Shown here: positions 1 through 12,137 of the stretch, piece by piece
Position numbering within the stretch: position 1 is the first letter of the stretch
How the letters are laid out: each line of letters begins with the position of its first letter
Source of the DNA: Anaeramoeba ignava BMAN
Taxonomy: Eukaryota > Protista > Anaeramoebae
Assembly (NCBI GenBank): GCA_028826165.1
Contig: JAPDFW010000056.1
Span: 62,001 to 126,000, forward strand
Direction: 5' to 3'
Length of the DNA stretch: 64,000 nucleotides
Notes under the pieces: generated by a model
Told to the model about the DNA's origin: nothing
Databases searched by the model: none
What the model saw: only the letters and a program-made list of their open reading frames with translations
Program-made: the position numbers and the translations under genes

Positions 1-5
1 GGAAG

Positions 6-2116
6 GTTTATTAAATTTTTAATAATTTTATAAATAATTTTAATAATAAATTTTAATAATAATTTTAATAATAATATTTATAAATAATTTAATTTAAATA
101 ATAATTTTATAAATAATAATTTTAATAATAATTTTATTAATAATTTTAATAATAATTTTAATAATAATTTTAATAATAATTTAAATAATAATTTTATTAA
201 TAATTTTATAAATAATTTTATAAATAATTTTAATAATAATTTTAATAATAATTTTATAATAATTTAATAATAATTTTATAAATAATTTTATAAATAATTT
301 TTATTTATAATTTTTAATAATAATTTTAATAATAAATTTTAAATAATAATTTTAATAATAATTTTTTAATAATAATTTTAATAATAATTTTAATAATAAT
401 TTTAATAATAATTTTAAATAATAATTTAAAATAATAATTTTTAATAATAATTTTAATAATAAATTTAATAATAATTTTAATAATAATTTAAATAATAATT
501 TTATTTTAATAATAATTTTAAAATAATAATTTTAATAATAATTTAAAATAATAATTTTAATAATAATTTTTAATAATAATTTTAATAATAATTTTAATAA
601 TAATTTTAATAAATAATTTAAATAATAATTTAAATAATAATTTAAATAATAATTTTAATAATAATTTAAATAATAATTTTAATAATAATTTAATAATAAT
701 TTTAATAATAATTTTAATAATAATTTAAATAATAATTTAAATAATAATTTAAATAATAATTTTAATAATAAATTTTAATAATAATTTTATTAATAATTTT
801 AAATAATAATTTAAATAATAATTTTAATAATATTTTAATAATAATTTTAATAATAATTTAATAATAGATTTTAATAAAATAATTTTAATAATAATTTATT
901 AATAATTTATTAATAATTTTAATAATAATTTATTAATAATTTTAAATAATAATTTATTAATAATTTTAATAATAATTTTAATAATAATTTAATTAATAAT
1001 TTTAATAATAATTTTAATAATAATTTTAATAATAATTTTTAATAATAATTTTAATAATAATTTTATTAATAATTTTAAATAATAATTTTTAATAATAATT
1101 TTAAATAATAATTTTAATAATAATTTAAATAATAATTTTTAAATAATAATTTTTTAATAATAAAATTTAAATAATAAATTTTAATAATAATTTTAATAAT
1201 AATTTAAATAATAATTTTGATAATAATTTTAAATAATAATTTTTAATAATAATTTTAAATAATAATTTTAATATAATAATTTCTAATAATAATTTTATAT
1301 TAATTTTAAATAATAATTTAAAATAATAATTTTAAATAATAATTTTAATAATAATTTTTAATAATAATTTTAATAATAATTTTAATAATAATTTTATTAA
1401 TAATTTTATTAATAATTTTATTAATAATTTTAATAATAATTTTAAATAATAATTTTATTAATAATTTTAATAATAATTTTAAAATAATAATTTTAATAAT
1501 AATTTAAATAATAATTTTAATAATAATTTAAATAATAATTTTAATAATAATTTTAATAATAATTTAATAAATAATTTAAATAATAATTTTAATAATAATT
1601 TTAAATAATAATTTTAATAATAATTTAAATAATAATTTAAAATAATAATTTTAATAATAATTTTAATAATAATTTTTAATAATAATTTTAATAATAATTT
1701 ATAAATAATTTTAATAATAATTTTAAATAATAATTTAAATAATAATTTTAATAATAATTTTTAATAATAATTTTAATAATAATTTTAATAATAATTTTAA
1801 TAATAATTTAAATAATAATTTAAATAATAATTTTATAATAATTTAAATAATAATTTTAATAATAATTTTAATAATAATTTAAATAATAATTTTAATAATA
1901 ATTTTAATAATAATTTAAATAATAATTTTAATAATAATTTTAATAATAATTTAAATAATAATTTTAATAATAATTTTAATAATAATTTTAATAATAATTT
2001 AAATAATAATTTTAATAATAATTTTAATAATAATTTTAATAATAATTTAAATAATAATTTTGATAATAATTTAATAATAATTTAATAATAATTTAATAAT
2101 AATTTTATTTAATAAG
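6..2116 (+). repeat. 2.1 kb SYS1 intron made almost entirely of a ~12 bp AATAATAATTTT tandem repeat
   Basis: GGAAG|GTTT donor at 6, AAG acceptor at 2116, degenerate tandem unit throughout. Confidence 0.8.
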
Positions 2117-2687
2117 ATGGATGATTTTGGATTAACTTGGTTCTTTATTCATTTCATTATTGTATCAGCACGAACAGGGGAATTTCCACAAACAGGAGCA
2201 TGGTGGTTTTCATGCTTAATATCAATAGTTATAATGATTCTTCTTTCTGAACAAATGAGGTTTATTTTTTTTTTGTTAAAAAATTTTAAAACAAATTTAA
2301 TTATTTTTTTTTTCAAAAACAAAAATTAGTTTAACATTTAATTCTATGTCTTATTCTTTACCTGAATCTCAAGTTAAACCTGTTAAAAAACCTTCATCAA
2401 ATAAAAATAATTCAAATGAAATTAAAAATGAAATTAAAAATGAAATCAAAAATGAAAATAAAAATGAAATTAAAAATGAAAATAATTCAAATGAAAATAA
2501 AAATGAAATTGAATTAAAAACAGAAGATAATGATTTTTTTGATGATGATTCTTTTCAAGAATTTGATCTTAATTTTGAAGAAAAAAATAATCAAATTGAA
2601 AAAAAAGATAATTCTTTAAATTTTCGAGATTTTGTTGAAATTAATTTAGATAAAACAACTCCTTCTGATCAAAATAAAAATTTTTAA
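2117..2687 (+). CDS. SYS1: SYS1-family Golgi membrane protein, 3' exons only (2117-2259 and 2330-2687); 5' part lies outside the window
   Basis: Translation DDFGLTWFFIHFIIV..GEFPQTGAWW..IVIMILLSEQM matches the SYS1 pattern DF.xT.hfhH...FP....WW......M..l.E. GT..AG intron 2260-2329 joins in frame to the acidic tail ORF 2346-2687. Confidence 0.75.
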
Positions 2688-2746
2688 AAAATTGAATTAA
2701 ATTTATTTTTTCATTTTTCATTTTTTTCATTTTTTTATTTATAAAA

Positions 2747-3787
2747 ATGATTTCAATTCAAAAAATGTTAAATGCACTTGGATTTATTTCAGAAGAAAAA
2801 CTTGATTTATCAAGTATAAAAAATAAATTTTTAATTAAAATTGGATTTTTAAATTAAATTAAATTAAATTTTAAATTAAATTAAATTTTAAAAAAAAGAT
2901 TATCAACAAGTTTTCCAAATTATTTATTTGATTGAAACAGAAAAAATTCAACAAATTCCAGAAATAGAATTAATTCAATTCAAAAACAATTTGGAAAATA
3001 AATTAGAAAATAAAAAAATACTTGAAAATTATTTAAAAAAATTAAATTGTCCAAATTTCACAATTGAATTGATTTTTAAAGAAAACAAAATAAACAATCA
3101 AATTTTATTATATTGGATTTTATCTTATTCAATTTCTCAAGAATATAAATCAAAAAGTAGATAATATAAAAATTTTAATTTAAATCAAACGATATAATTA
3201 TTTAATTTAAAATCTTTTCTTTCTTTCTTTTTTTTTATAAAGTTAATAATGAAACTAATTCAAATTCTCAAGAAATGCAAATTGAATTCAATCAAAATCA
3301 ATTAAAAAATCAAAATAATATTAATGATTCTCAATTCTATCAAAAAATCAATCAATTATTTTTCATTCCAAAAATTCAACATTTTACTGATAAAATCTCA
3401 AATTTACAAGCAATTCGAAATTTAATTCAATCAACTTTTCTTTTTTTTGAAGAACAAAAAGCAATTCAATCACAAAATAACAAAAATATTCAAAATATAA
3501 ACCTTTTACCAGAAACAGAAATCAAAAGAAGAAGAACCAAAAATACTTCTCAAAACAACAAAATCCAAAAAGACAAAAAATCTTATGAAAAAATTAAAAT
3601 TGAATCAATTTCTCTTGGATTTGAAATCCAAAACAAAAAAATTTCTCAAGCACTTAAAATTGCTCGATTACTTTTTTTACAAGATCTTCGCAATTTACAA
3701 ACACTCTCAAATCATTTAATTTCATCTTGTCAGGAATTGACAACAAATGTTGTTTTAAATCATAAAATAGGAAAAGTTGGATTTTGA
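2747..3787 (+). CDS. RTRAF: RTRAF/CGI-99 (C14orf166) tRNA ligase complex subunit; exons 2747-2813, 2899-3156, 3243-3787
   Basis: Motifs ENYLKKLNCP, LGFEIQ..ISQALKIARLLFLQDLRNLQT and C-terminal NHKIGKVGF match the family as recalled (EKYLRDVNCP, LGFDTG..RLLHIEELRELQT, DHRLGKVGR). Both introns restore frame. Confidence 0.88.
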
Positions 3788-4008
3788 TCCAAAAAATTTT
3801 AAATAATAAAAAAATTTTTTAAATATTTTATCATTTTATTTTTTTCTTTTGGTTTTATTTTACCGAAAGTTGTATTAACAAAAAAAAATTTTGAAACTTA
3901 AAACTGGTCACATTGAATTGAATAGAAGAATTTAGTTAATTTTCTTTTTGTTTTTTGTTTTTTTTTAAATGAATTTTTAAGAATTTTTAAGAATTTTTTT
4001 TTTTGCTT

Positions 4009-5412
4009 TTAAAATATTGTGCATTTTTTATCTTTCTTTGTTTGAGTTAATGCTTGAGTTGTTGCTCGATTTTTGATACGGGATTTTCTAACTTCTCTTA
4101 CTATTTGCTCAAAAGCTTCACGAACGTTAACATTATTCTTTGCAGAACTAATAAATATTATGAAGAAAAAAAAAGGTGAAAAAAATTTTTTTTAATAAAA
4201 AGAAAACGGAATTTTAAGGAAAAATATCAGAATACGTTTCAATATAAGTGCTTGAATATTTTTGTGCAAGATCTTTTCCTTCTTCTGTTGAAACTGTTCG
4301 AGCTTCTTGAAGATCTAAAAAAAAAATTTTTTAATCAATTTTTTTTAATCAATTTTTAATCAATTTTTTTTTGCTTTTTTTGCTTTTTCAATAAAATATC
4401 AAAATTTACCTGTTTTATTAGCAACAGTCACAGCAGGAACCTGTAAGTGATTTAATTTTTGAGCTCTTTGAATTGCCTCATGAAGGTTTTTTGATTCAAT
4501 AAAACTTGATCTAGAAATGACTGAAAAAACCAACAAAAAACCTTCTCCCAATTTAATATACTTTTTATCAAAAAAGATCGATTTATGGAACAATAATTGA
4601 ATAATAATTTATTAAGAATCAAGTATTCCGTTATTTTTACAATTTGGAAAACCGATCGAGATCATATATAAAAAATTAAAATGATTGATTTTTTGTGATC
4701 AAAAAGATCAAATTTTGAAAAAAAAAAAAATTTTTCGATTTTGATTTTTTTTTGTGTTAATAAATTATATTTATTTAGTTTAAATTATTCCGTTAAAAAG
4801 ATTTACTTTGTCTCTAACCGAACGATATTCTTCTTGTCCAGCAGTATCAATAATTTCTAATTTACAAGGAATATCATCAACTTTCAGAGTTTTTTCATAT
4901 GTTTCAGCTTTTTTTATTTTTTTTAAAAAAATTAAAAATTAAAAATAAAATTAAAATTTAAAATTAAAATTAAAATTAAAATTAAAAAGGAAAAAAATTC
5001 CAAAAAAAAAACCAATTAAAAAATTAATTAAAAAACAAATTAAATTTTTATTTTAAATTTTAATTTTTAATTTTAATTTTTAATTACCAATTGTTGGATC
5101 ATAATCTTCAAGGAATTTCTCTTGAATAAACATAGAAACCATACATGATTTTCCAACTATTTTTTTTTAAAATTATAAATTGAAAACAAATAGAAATGAA
5201 TTATTTATTAAATTTTTCATTTTTAAATTAATGGAGAACAAATTAAGAAACAAATTTTTAAAATTAATCATTTGATCTTTTTTTTTTTATTTATTTTCGT
5301 TTTTATTTTATTTGTAATTATTTTGGCATTAATTTGACAGTTATTTATCAAGTTTATAAATACCTGAACCACCTCCAATTAACACAATTTTCATTTGCTC
5401 AGAATCTGACAT
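4009..5412 (-). CDS. Ras-family small GTPase, 6 coding exons
   Basis: Spliced translation has GGGSVGKS, YDPTIAETY, DTAGQEEY, NKTD, ETSAK and CaaX box CTIF*. Confidence 0.92.
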
Positions 5413-5643
5413 TGAAATAAATTGAATAAAAAAAAAATAAATGAATAAAAAAAAATGAAAAAAAAAATAATTAAAAAAGGGAAAAAAACAAAAAGGAGAA
5501 AAAAAAATTCTTTTATTTTTTGTTTTTATTTGTGATTTGAATCTTAAAAAAAAAAGTAAGTAAATCAATTAGAAAAAAAAAAATAGGAATTTAAAATTCA
5601 AATGAAAAATTAGTTCTTGTATAGAATTGAATGCAAGAAACAA

Positions 5644-5644
<1 letters not shown>

Positions 5645-5697
<53 letters not shown>
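5645..5697. repeat. (TTA)n microsatellite
   Basis: Perfect trinucleotide run between Ras and Rab11. Confidence 0.9.
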
Positions 5698-5782
5698 TTT
5701 TTGGAAATCGGGAAAATTAACTTTTAATTTTTAATTTTAATTTTTAATTTTAAATTTTAAAATTATTATTATAAAAATTTTT

Positions 5783-8261
5783 TTAGCAACAACCCTTCTT
5801 TTTAATTGGAGTATCAGGTTCTTTTTGTATAACAACTTGTGTTCCTCCACTTGTTTGAATACTTTGTTTAATTTGTTTTTCTTCATCATCAGGTTTTTTC
5901 ATCATTAATTTATAAATGTCTAATTTTTCCAAAAATTTTAAATTATAAATTATTTTCCAATCTTTTCTTTTTAAATATTTATTTTTATACCATTAAGAAT
6001 TGTTTGGAATGCGAGTTCAACATTTGTTGAATCAAGTGCTGAAGTTTCAATAAACAAAAGTTTATGATCTTCTGAGAATTTACGAGCCTTTTTTTTTTTA
6101 TATATAAATTTTAATTTTCAAAATGAATTTTAATTTTAATTTTGATTTTAATTTTAATTTTAATTTTAATTTTATAAATGAATTTTAATTTTAATTTTAA
6201 TTTTATAAATGAATTTTAATTTTAATTTTAATTTTAATTTTAATTTTTAATTTTAATTTTAATTTTAATTTTAATTTTAATTTTATAAATGAATTTTAAT
6301 TTTAATTTTAATTTTAATTTTAATTTTAATTTTAATTTTAATTTTAATTTTAATTTTAATTTTAATTTTAATTTTAATTTTAATTTTAATTTCAATTTTA
6401 ATTTTAATTTTTTTATAAATGAATTAAATTTTAATTTTAATTTTTTAATTTTATAAATGAATTTTAATTTTAATTTTAATTTTTGATTTTAATTTTATAA
6501 ATTTGAATTTTAATTTTAATTTTATAAATGAATTTTAATTTTATAAATGAATTTTAATTTTAATTTTGATTTTAATTTTATAAATGAATTTTAATTTTAA
6601 TTTTAATTTTAATTTTATAAATGAATTTTAATTTTAATTTTATAAATGAATTTTAATTTTATAAATGAATTTTATAAATGAATTTAATTTTATTTTTAAT
6701 TTATAAAAGAAAAACTACTTGTTCAGTTGGAACAGATCTAAGATGTCTTAAATCAATTTTATTTCCAACAAGCATAATAACAATATTGGAATCAGCATTA
6801 TCTCGTAATTCTTGAAGCCATCTTTCAAGATTCTCAAAAGAAGGATGTTTTGTAATATCATAAATTAATAAGGCACCAACTGCTCCTCGATAATAACTAT
6901 TAATTTTGAGTTTTTAATTTTGAATTTTTAATTTTGAATTTTGAATTTTGAATTTTGAATTTTGAATTTTTAATTTTTAATTTTGAATTTTTAATTTTTA
7001 ATTTTGAATTTTTAATTTTTAATTTTTAATTTTTAATTTTTAATTTTTAATTTTTATAGAGAAAATATACGCTGAAGTAATTGCTCTATATCTTTCTTGT
7101 CCAGCAGTATCCTATTTTAAATTTTAATTTTAATTTTAATTTTAATTTATAAATAAATTTTAATTTTAATTTTAATTTTAATTTTAATTTTAATTTTAAT
7201 TTTAATTTTAATTTTAATTTTAAAAATGAATTTTAAATCTAAATTTAAATCTAAATTTAATTTTAAAAATGAATTTTAATTTTAATTTTAATTTAATTTT
7301 AATTTTAAAAATGAAATTTAATTTTAATTTTAATTCTAATTTTAATTTATAAATAAATTTGAATTTTAATTTTAATTTTAATTTATAAATGAATTTTAAT
7401 TTTAATTTTAATTTTAATTTTAAATCTAAATTTAATTTTAATTTTAATTTTAAATCTAAATTTAAATTTTAATTTTAATTTTAATTTTAATTTTAATTAT
7501 AATTTTAATTTTAATTTTAATTTTAATTTTAATTATAATTTTAATTTATAAATGAATTTAAATTTTAATTTATAAATGAATTTGAATTTGATTAAAAAAA
7601 AAAGAGAAATTCAAACCCAAATTTGAGCTTTCACAGTTTTTCCATCAATTTGAATAGCTTTAGTTGCAAATTCAACACCGATTGTACTTTTACTTTCAAG
7701 ATTAAACTCATTTCTAAAATAAAAAATAAAATAAAAAATAAATTAAAAAGGAAAAAAAAAATAGGAAAAAAAATACTAAATTTACCTGCAAAATCGTGAC
7801 AAAAGATTTGATTTTCCAACACCACTATCACCTTAAAATAATTAAAATAATTAAAGTAAATAAAATAATTAAATTAATTAAAGTAATTAAAAGTAATTAA
7901 AATAATTAAAATAATTAAAATAATTGAAATAATTGAAATAATTAAAATAATTAAAATAATTAAAATAATTAAAATAATTAAAATAATTAAAATAATTAAA
8001 ATAATTAAAATAATTAAAATAATTAAAATAATTAAATTAATTGAAATAATTGTTTTTATTTAATTTTTGATATTTTCAATTCGTTGTTTTTTTGTTGATT
8101 TTAAATTTAAATTGAAAATAAATATAAATACCGATCAAAACAATTTTGAATAAGTAATCATAATCATCTTGAAGATCCACTGTCTAAAATTTATTATAAA
8201 ATTTAAATTAAGACTTAAGAAAAAAAAATTATTTATTTGATAAAATAATTTTAAATACCAT
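5783..8261 (-). CDS. RAB11: Rab11 (copy A, canonical), 8 coding exons
   Basis: [102 protein letters not shown]. Confidence 0.96.
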
Positions 8262-8524
8262 TTTTGTTTTTTAATTTAAACTTAAAATTTGAAAAGAAAA
8301 AAAGAAAAAAAATGAAAAAAAAAAATGAAAAAAAAATGAAAATAAAAAAAAACGTTTTTCTTATTTTTTTTTAACAAAGTAAATTAATTTTTAATAATAA
8401 AAAGAAAGAGGAAAATGATTGATTTAGATTTAAATAAAAAAAAAAAAGAAAAGAAAAGAATAAATTTGAATAAATTTGTTTTATAAATTGATTTCAAAAA
8501 TAATAATTATATTTTTCATATTTT

Positions 8525-10256
8525 TCAACAACATTTTTTCTTTTTTTCAAATTGCGAATCTAAAAAAAGGGTTTCTCTTCTAACTGGCAATTTAGGTTTG
8601 ATAGTAACATTATAAATTTCTAAAAAACAATCAAAAATTTTTTTTAATAAGAAAATATTTTTATCCGAAAATTTTTTTATAAGAAAATATTTTTTTACTA
8701 TTCATTAATTTTGAGAAAGTTTCTTCAACATTTGTTCCATCTTTTGCTGATGTTTCCATAAATAAAATATCATGTTCTTTTGCAAATTTTTCAGCCTTAA
8801 ATTGAAAAAATAAAATAAAATTTTTAAATAAAGAAAATAAAATGAAAAATAAAATAAAAATAAAAACATCTTCTTGTAAAATTTTTCGATCATTTTCTAA
8901 ATCACATTTATTCCCTATTATCATAATAATAGAATTATCTTCTGCTTGTGATTTAAATTCTTGATACCAATCTCCTAATCTTCTGAAACTTAATGGATTA
9001 GTAATATCATAAACAATAAAAGCACCAACTGAACCACGATAATAACTAAATAAATTTAAAATTCATTTATAAAATTAAAATTAAATTTAAAATTCATTTA
9101 TAAAATTAAAATTAAAATTAAAATTAAAATTCATTTATAAAATTAAAATTGAAATTAAAATTAAAATTAAAATAAAAAATTAAAAATAAAAAATAAATTT
9201 AGATTTAAAATTAAAAATTAAAATTAAAATTCATTTTGAAATTAAAATTTAAATCAAAATCAAAATTAAAATCAAAATTAAAATTAAAATTAAAATTAAA
9301 ACTAAAATTAAAATTAAAATTCATTTTGAAATTAAAATTAATATTAAAATTTAAATTCATTTTAAAATTAATATTAAATTTAAATTTAAAATCAAAATTA
9401 AAATCAAAATTAAAATTAAAATCAAAATTAAAATTAAAATTCATTTTGAAAACTAAAATTAAAATTAAATCCAAAATTAAAATTAAAATTAAAATTAAAA
9501 TTAATATTAAATTTAAATTTAAAATTAATCTATAAATACGCCTGTGTTACTGAACGAAATCTTTCTTGGCCTGCTGTGTCCTAAAATATTTGAAAAAATA
9601 AAAATATAAAAATATAAAAATATAAAATAATTTTTAATTTAAATAATTTTCTTTCTTTAATTCAATTTCAAACCCAAATTTGTGCTTTAATTCTTTGTTC
9701 ATTTATTTCAACAATTTTAGATCCAAATTCAACTCCTATTGTAGGCATTGAATCAGGTGCAAATTCATTTCTATATTTTTTTTTCAAAATTTTATAAATA
9801 AAAAATAAAAAATAAAAAATAAAAAATAATCAGTTAAAAACTTACTCACAAAATCTGGTTAAAAGATTAGTTTTTCCGACAGAACTATCACCTAAATATT
9901 ATATCATTAAATATTTTATTATTTAAATAAGTATTTTTTTATTTAATATTTTCTTATTTTTAAATTAAACTAAAAATTGTTTCATTTTTTTTGGATTTTA
10001 AAATAAATACCAATTAATACTATTTTTACAACATGAGTTGGTTCTTCTTGATCACTTTCATTTTCCTAAAAAGATTTATAAAGTAAAATATTGTAAAAAT
10101 ATTTTCATTTTTTATTTTTATTTTTATTTTTATTTTTATTTTTATTTTTATTTTTATTTTTATTTCCATTTTATTTTTTATTTTTATTTTTATTTTAATT
10201 TTAATTTTTATTTTTATTTTTACATCACTATCTGATTGTTGTTGTTTTCGACTCAT
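8525..10256 (-). CDS. Rab11-like paralogue B
   Basis: 8 exons; [37 protein letters not shown]. Confidence 0.9.
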
Positions 10257-10362
10257 TATTTAAAAAAAAATTGAAAGAAAAAAAATGAAAAAATGAAAAA
10301 AATGAAAAAAAATTTGGATTATTTTTTTGTTTTTTTTATTTAAAAAATCATTAACAAAATTT

Positions 10363-12038
10363 TCAACAACAACCTTTTTTTTGTTTTTGATAATGTGGAT
10401 TTATTATTTTCAATGGATCATCTTCATATTTCTTTTTTGCCAAAACATTATAAATTTCTAATCAAAAAAATTAAATCAAAAAAATTAAATCAAAAAAATT
10501 AAATTAAAAAAATTAAATCAAAAAAATTAAATTAAAAAAATTACCTTCTATTAATGTTCTAAAAGCATATTCAACATTTGTTCCATCTTTTGCTGATGTT
10601 TCAATGAATGAAAGTCCATTTTCTTTTGCAAAATTTTCACCCTTAATTTATAATTAATTTAATGAAAAAAGAAAAATTTTTTCGAAATTAAAAAAAAAGT
10701 GGAACAAAAAAATAATAAAATAAAAAATAAACCATTTCTTTTGAAATTTCTCTTTCTTTTTCTAAATCACATTTATTTCCAATTATCATTGGAATAGCAT
10801 TTAATTCTGATTGTTCTTTGAATTCTCTAACCCAATCATCTAATCTTTCAAAACTTTCTGAATTAGTAATATCATAAACAATAAAAGCACCAATAGAACT
10901 ACGATAATAACTAAAAAATAAGAAATTGAAAATTTTTAATTTAATTCAATTTAAATTTTTGATTTGAATTGATTTAAATTGAAATGATTTAAATTGAAAT
11001 TGAATTTAAATTGAATTTGAATTTGAATTTGAATTTAAATTTGAATTTGAATTTGAATTTGAATTGAATTGAATTTGAATTTGGATTTAATTTGAATTTG
11101 AATTTGAATTGAATTTAAATTGATTTGATTTGAATTGATTTGAATTGAATTTTTAATTTGAATATTTAATTTGAATTTTTAATTTGAATTGATTTGAATT
11201 TAAATTTGAATTTAATTTAATTTGAATTTGAATTTAATTTGATTTAATTTGATTTAATTTGATTTTAATTTGAATTTTTAATTTGAATTTTTAATTTGAA
11301 TTTTTAATTTGAATTTTTAATTTGAATTTCAAATTGGAAATTTTTTTTCCGATTTCCCATTTTTTTAAATTTTATAAAAATTAATCTATAAATACACTTG
11401 TGTTACTGAACGAAATCTTTCTTGGCCTGCTGTGTCCTAAAATATTTGAAAAAATAAAAATATAAAAATATAAAAATATAAAATAATTTTTAATTTAAAT
11501 AATTTTCTTTCTTTAATTCAATTTCAAACCCAAATTTGTGCTTTAATTATTTGTTCATTTATTTCAACAATTTTAGATCCAAATTCAACTCCTATTGTAG
11601 GCATTGAATCAGATGTAAATTCATTTCTATATTTTTTTTTCAAAATTTTATAAATAAAAAATAAAAATAAAAAAATAAAAAATAATCAGTTAAAAACTTA
11701 CTCACAAAATCTGGTTAAAAGATTAGTTTTTCCAACAGAACTATCACCTAAATATTATATCATTAAATATTATATTATTTAAATAAGTATTTTTTTATTT
11801 AATATTTTATTATTTTTAAATTAAATTAAAAATTGTTTCATTTTTTTTTGGATTTTAAAATAAATACCAATTAATACTATTTTTACAACATGAGTTGGTT
11901 CTTCTTGATTTATTCCATTTCGCTAAAAATATTTATAAAGTAAAATATTGTAAAAATATTTTCATTTTTGATTATTTTTTTCTTAAATAGTTTCATTTAA
12001 TTTTAATTTACCCTTTTATTATTTTGTTTTCGATTCAT
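10363..12038 (-). CDS. Rab11-like paralogue C
   Basis: 8 exons; exons 2-5 nearly identical to B; GNKCD, ETSAK, GCC*. Confidence 0.9.
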
Positions 12039-12137
12039 TAATTATTTAAAAGATTAAAAACAAAAAAAAATGAAAATAAAAAATGGAAAAAAAAAATGGA
12101 ATATTTTTATTCTTTTTCTTTTAAAAAAAAAATAAAT

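Noticed and set aside
2117-8261. Functional trafficking cluster of SYS1, Ras and Rab11
   Set aside because: RTRAF intervenes and adjacency in a gene-dense genome is enough to explain it; no shared regulation is visible.
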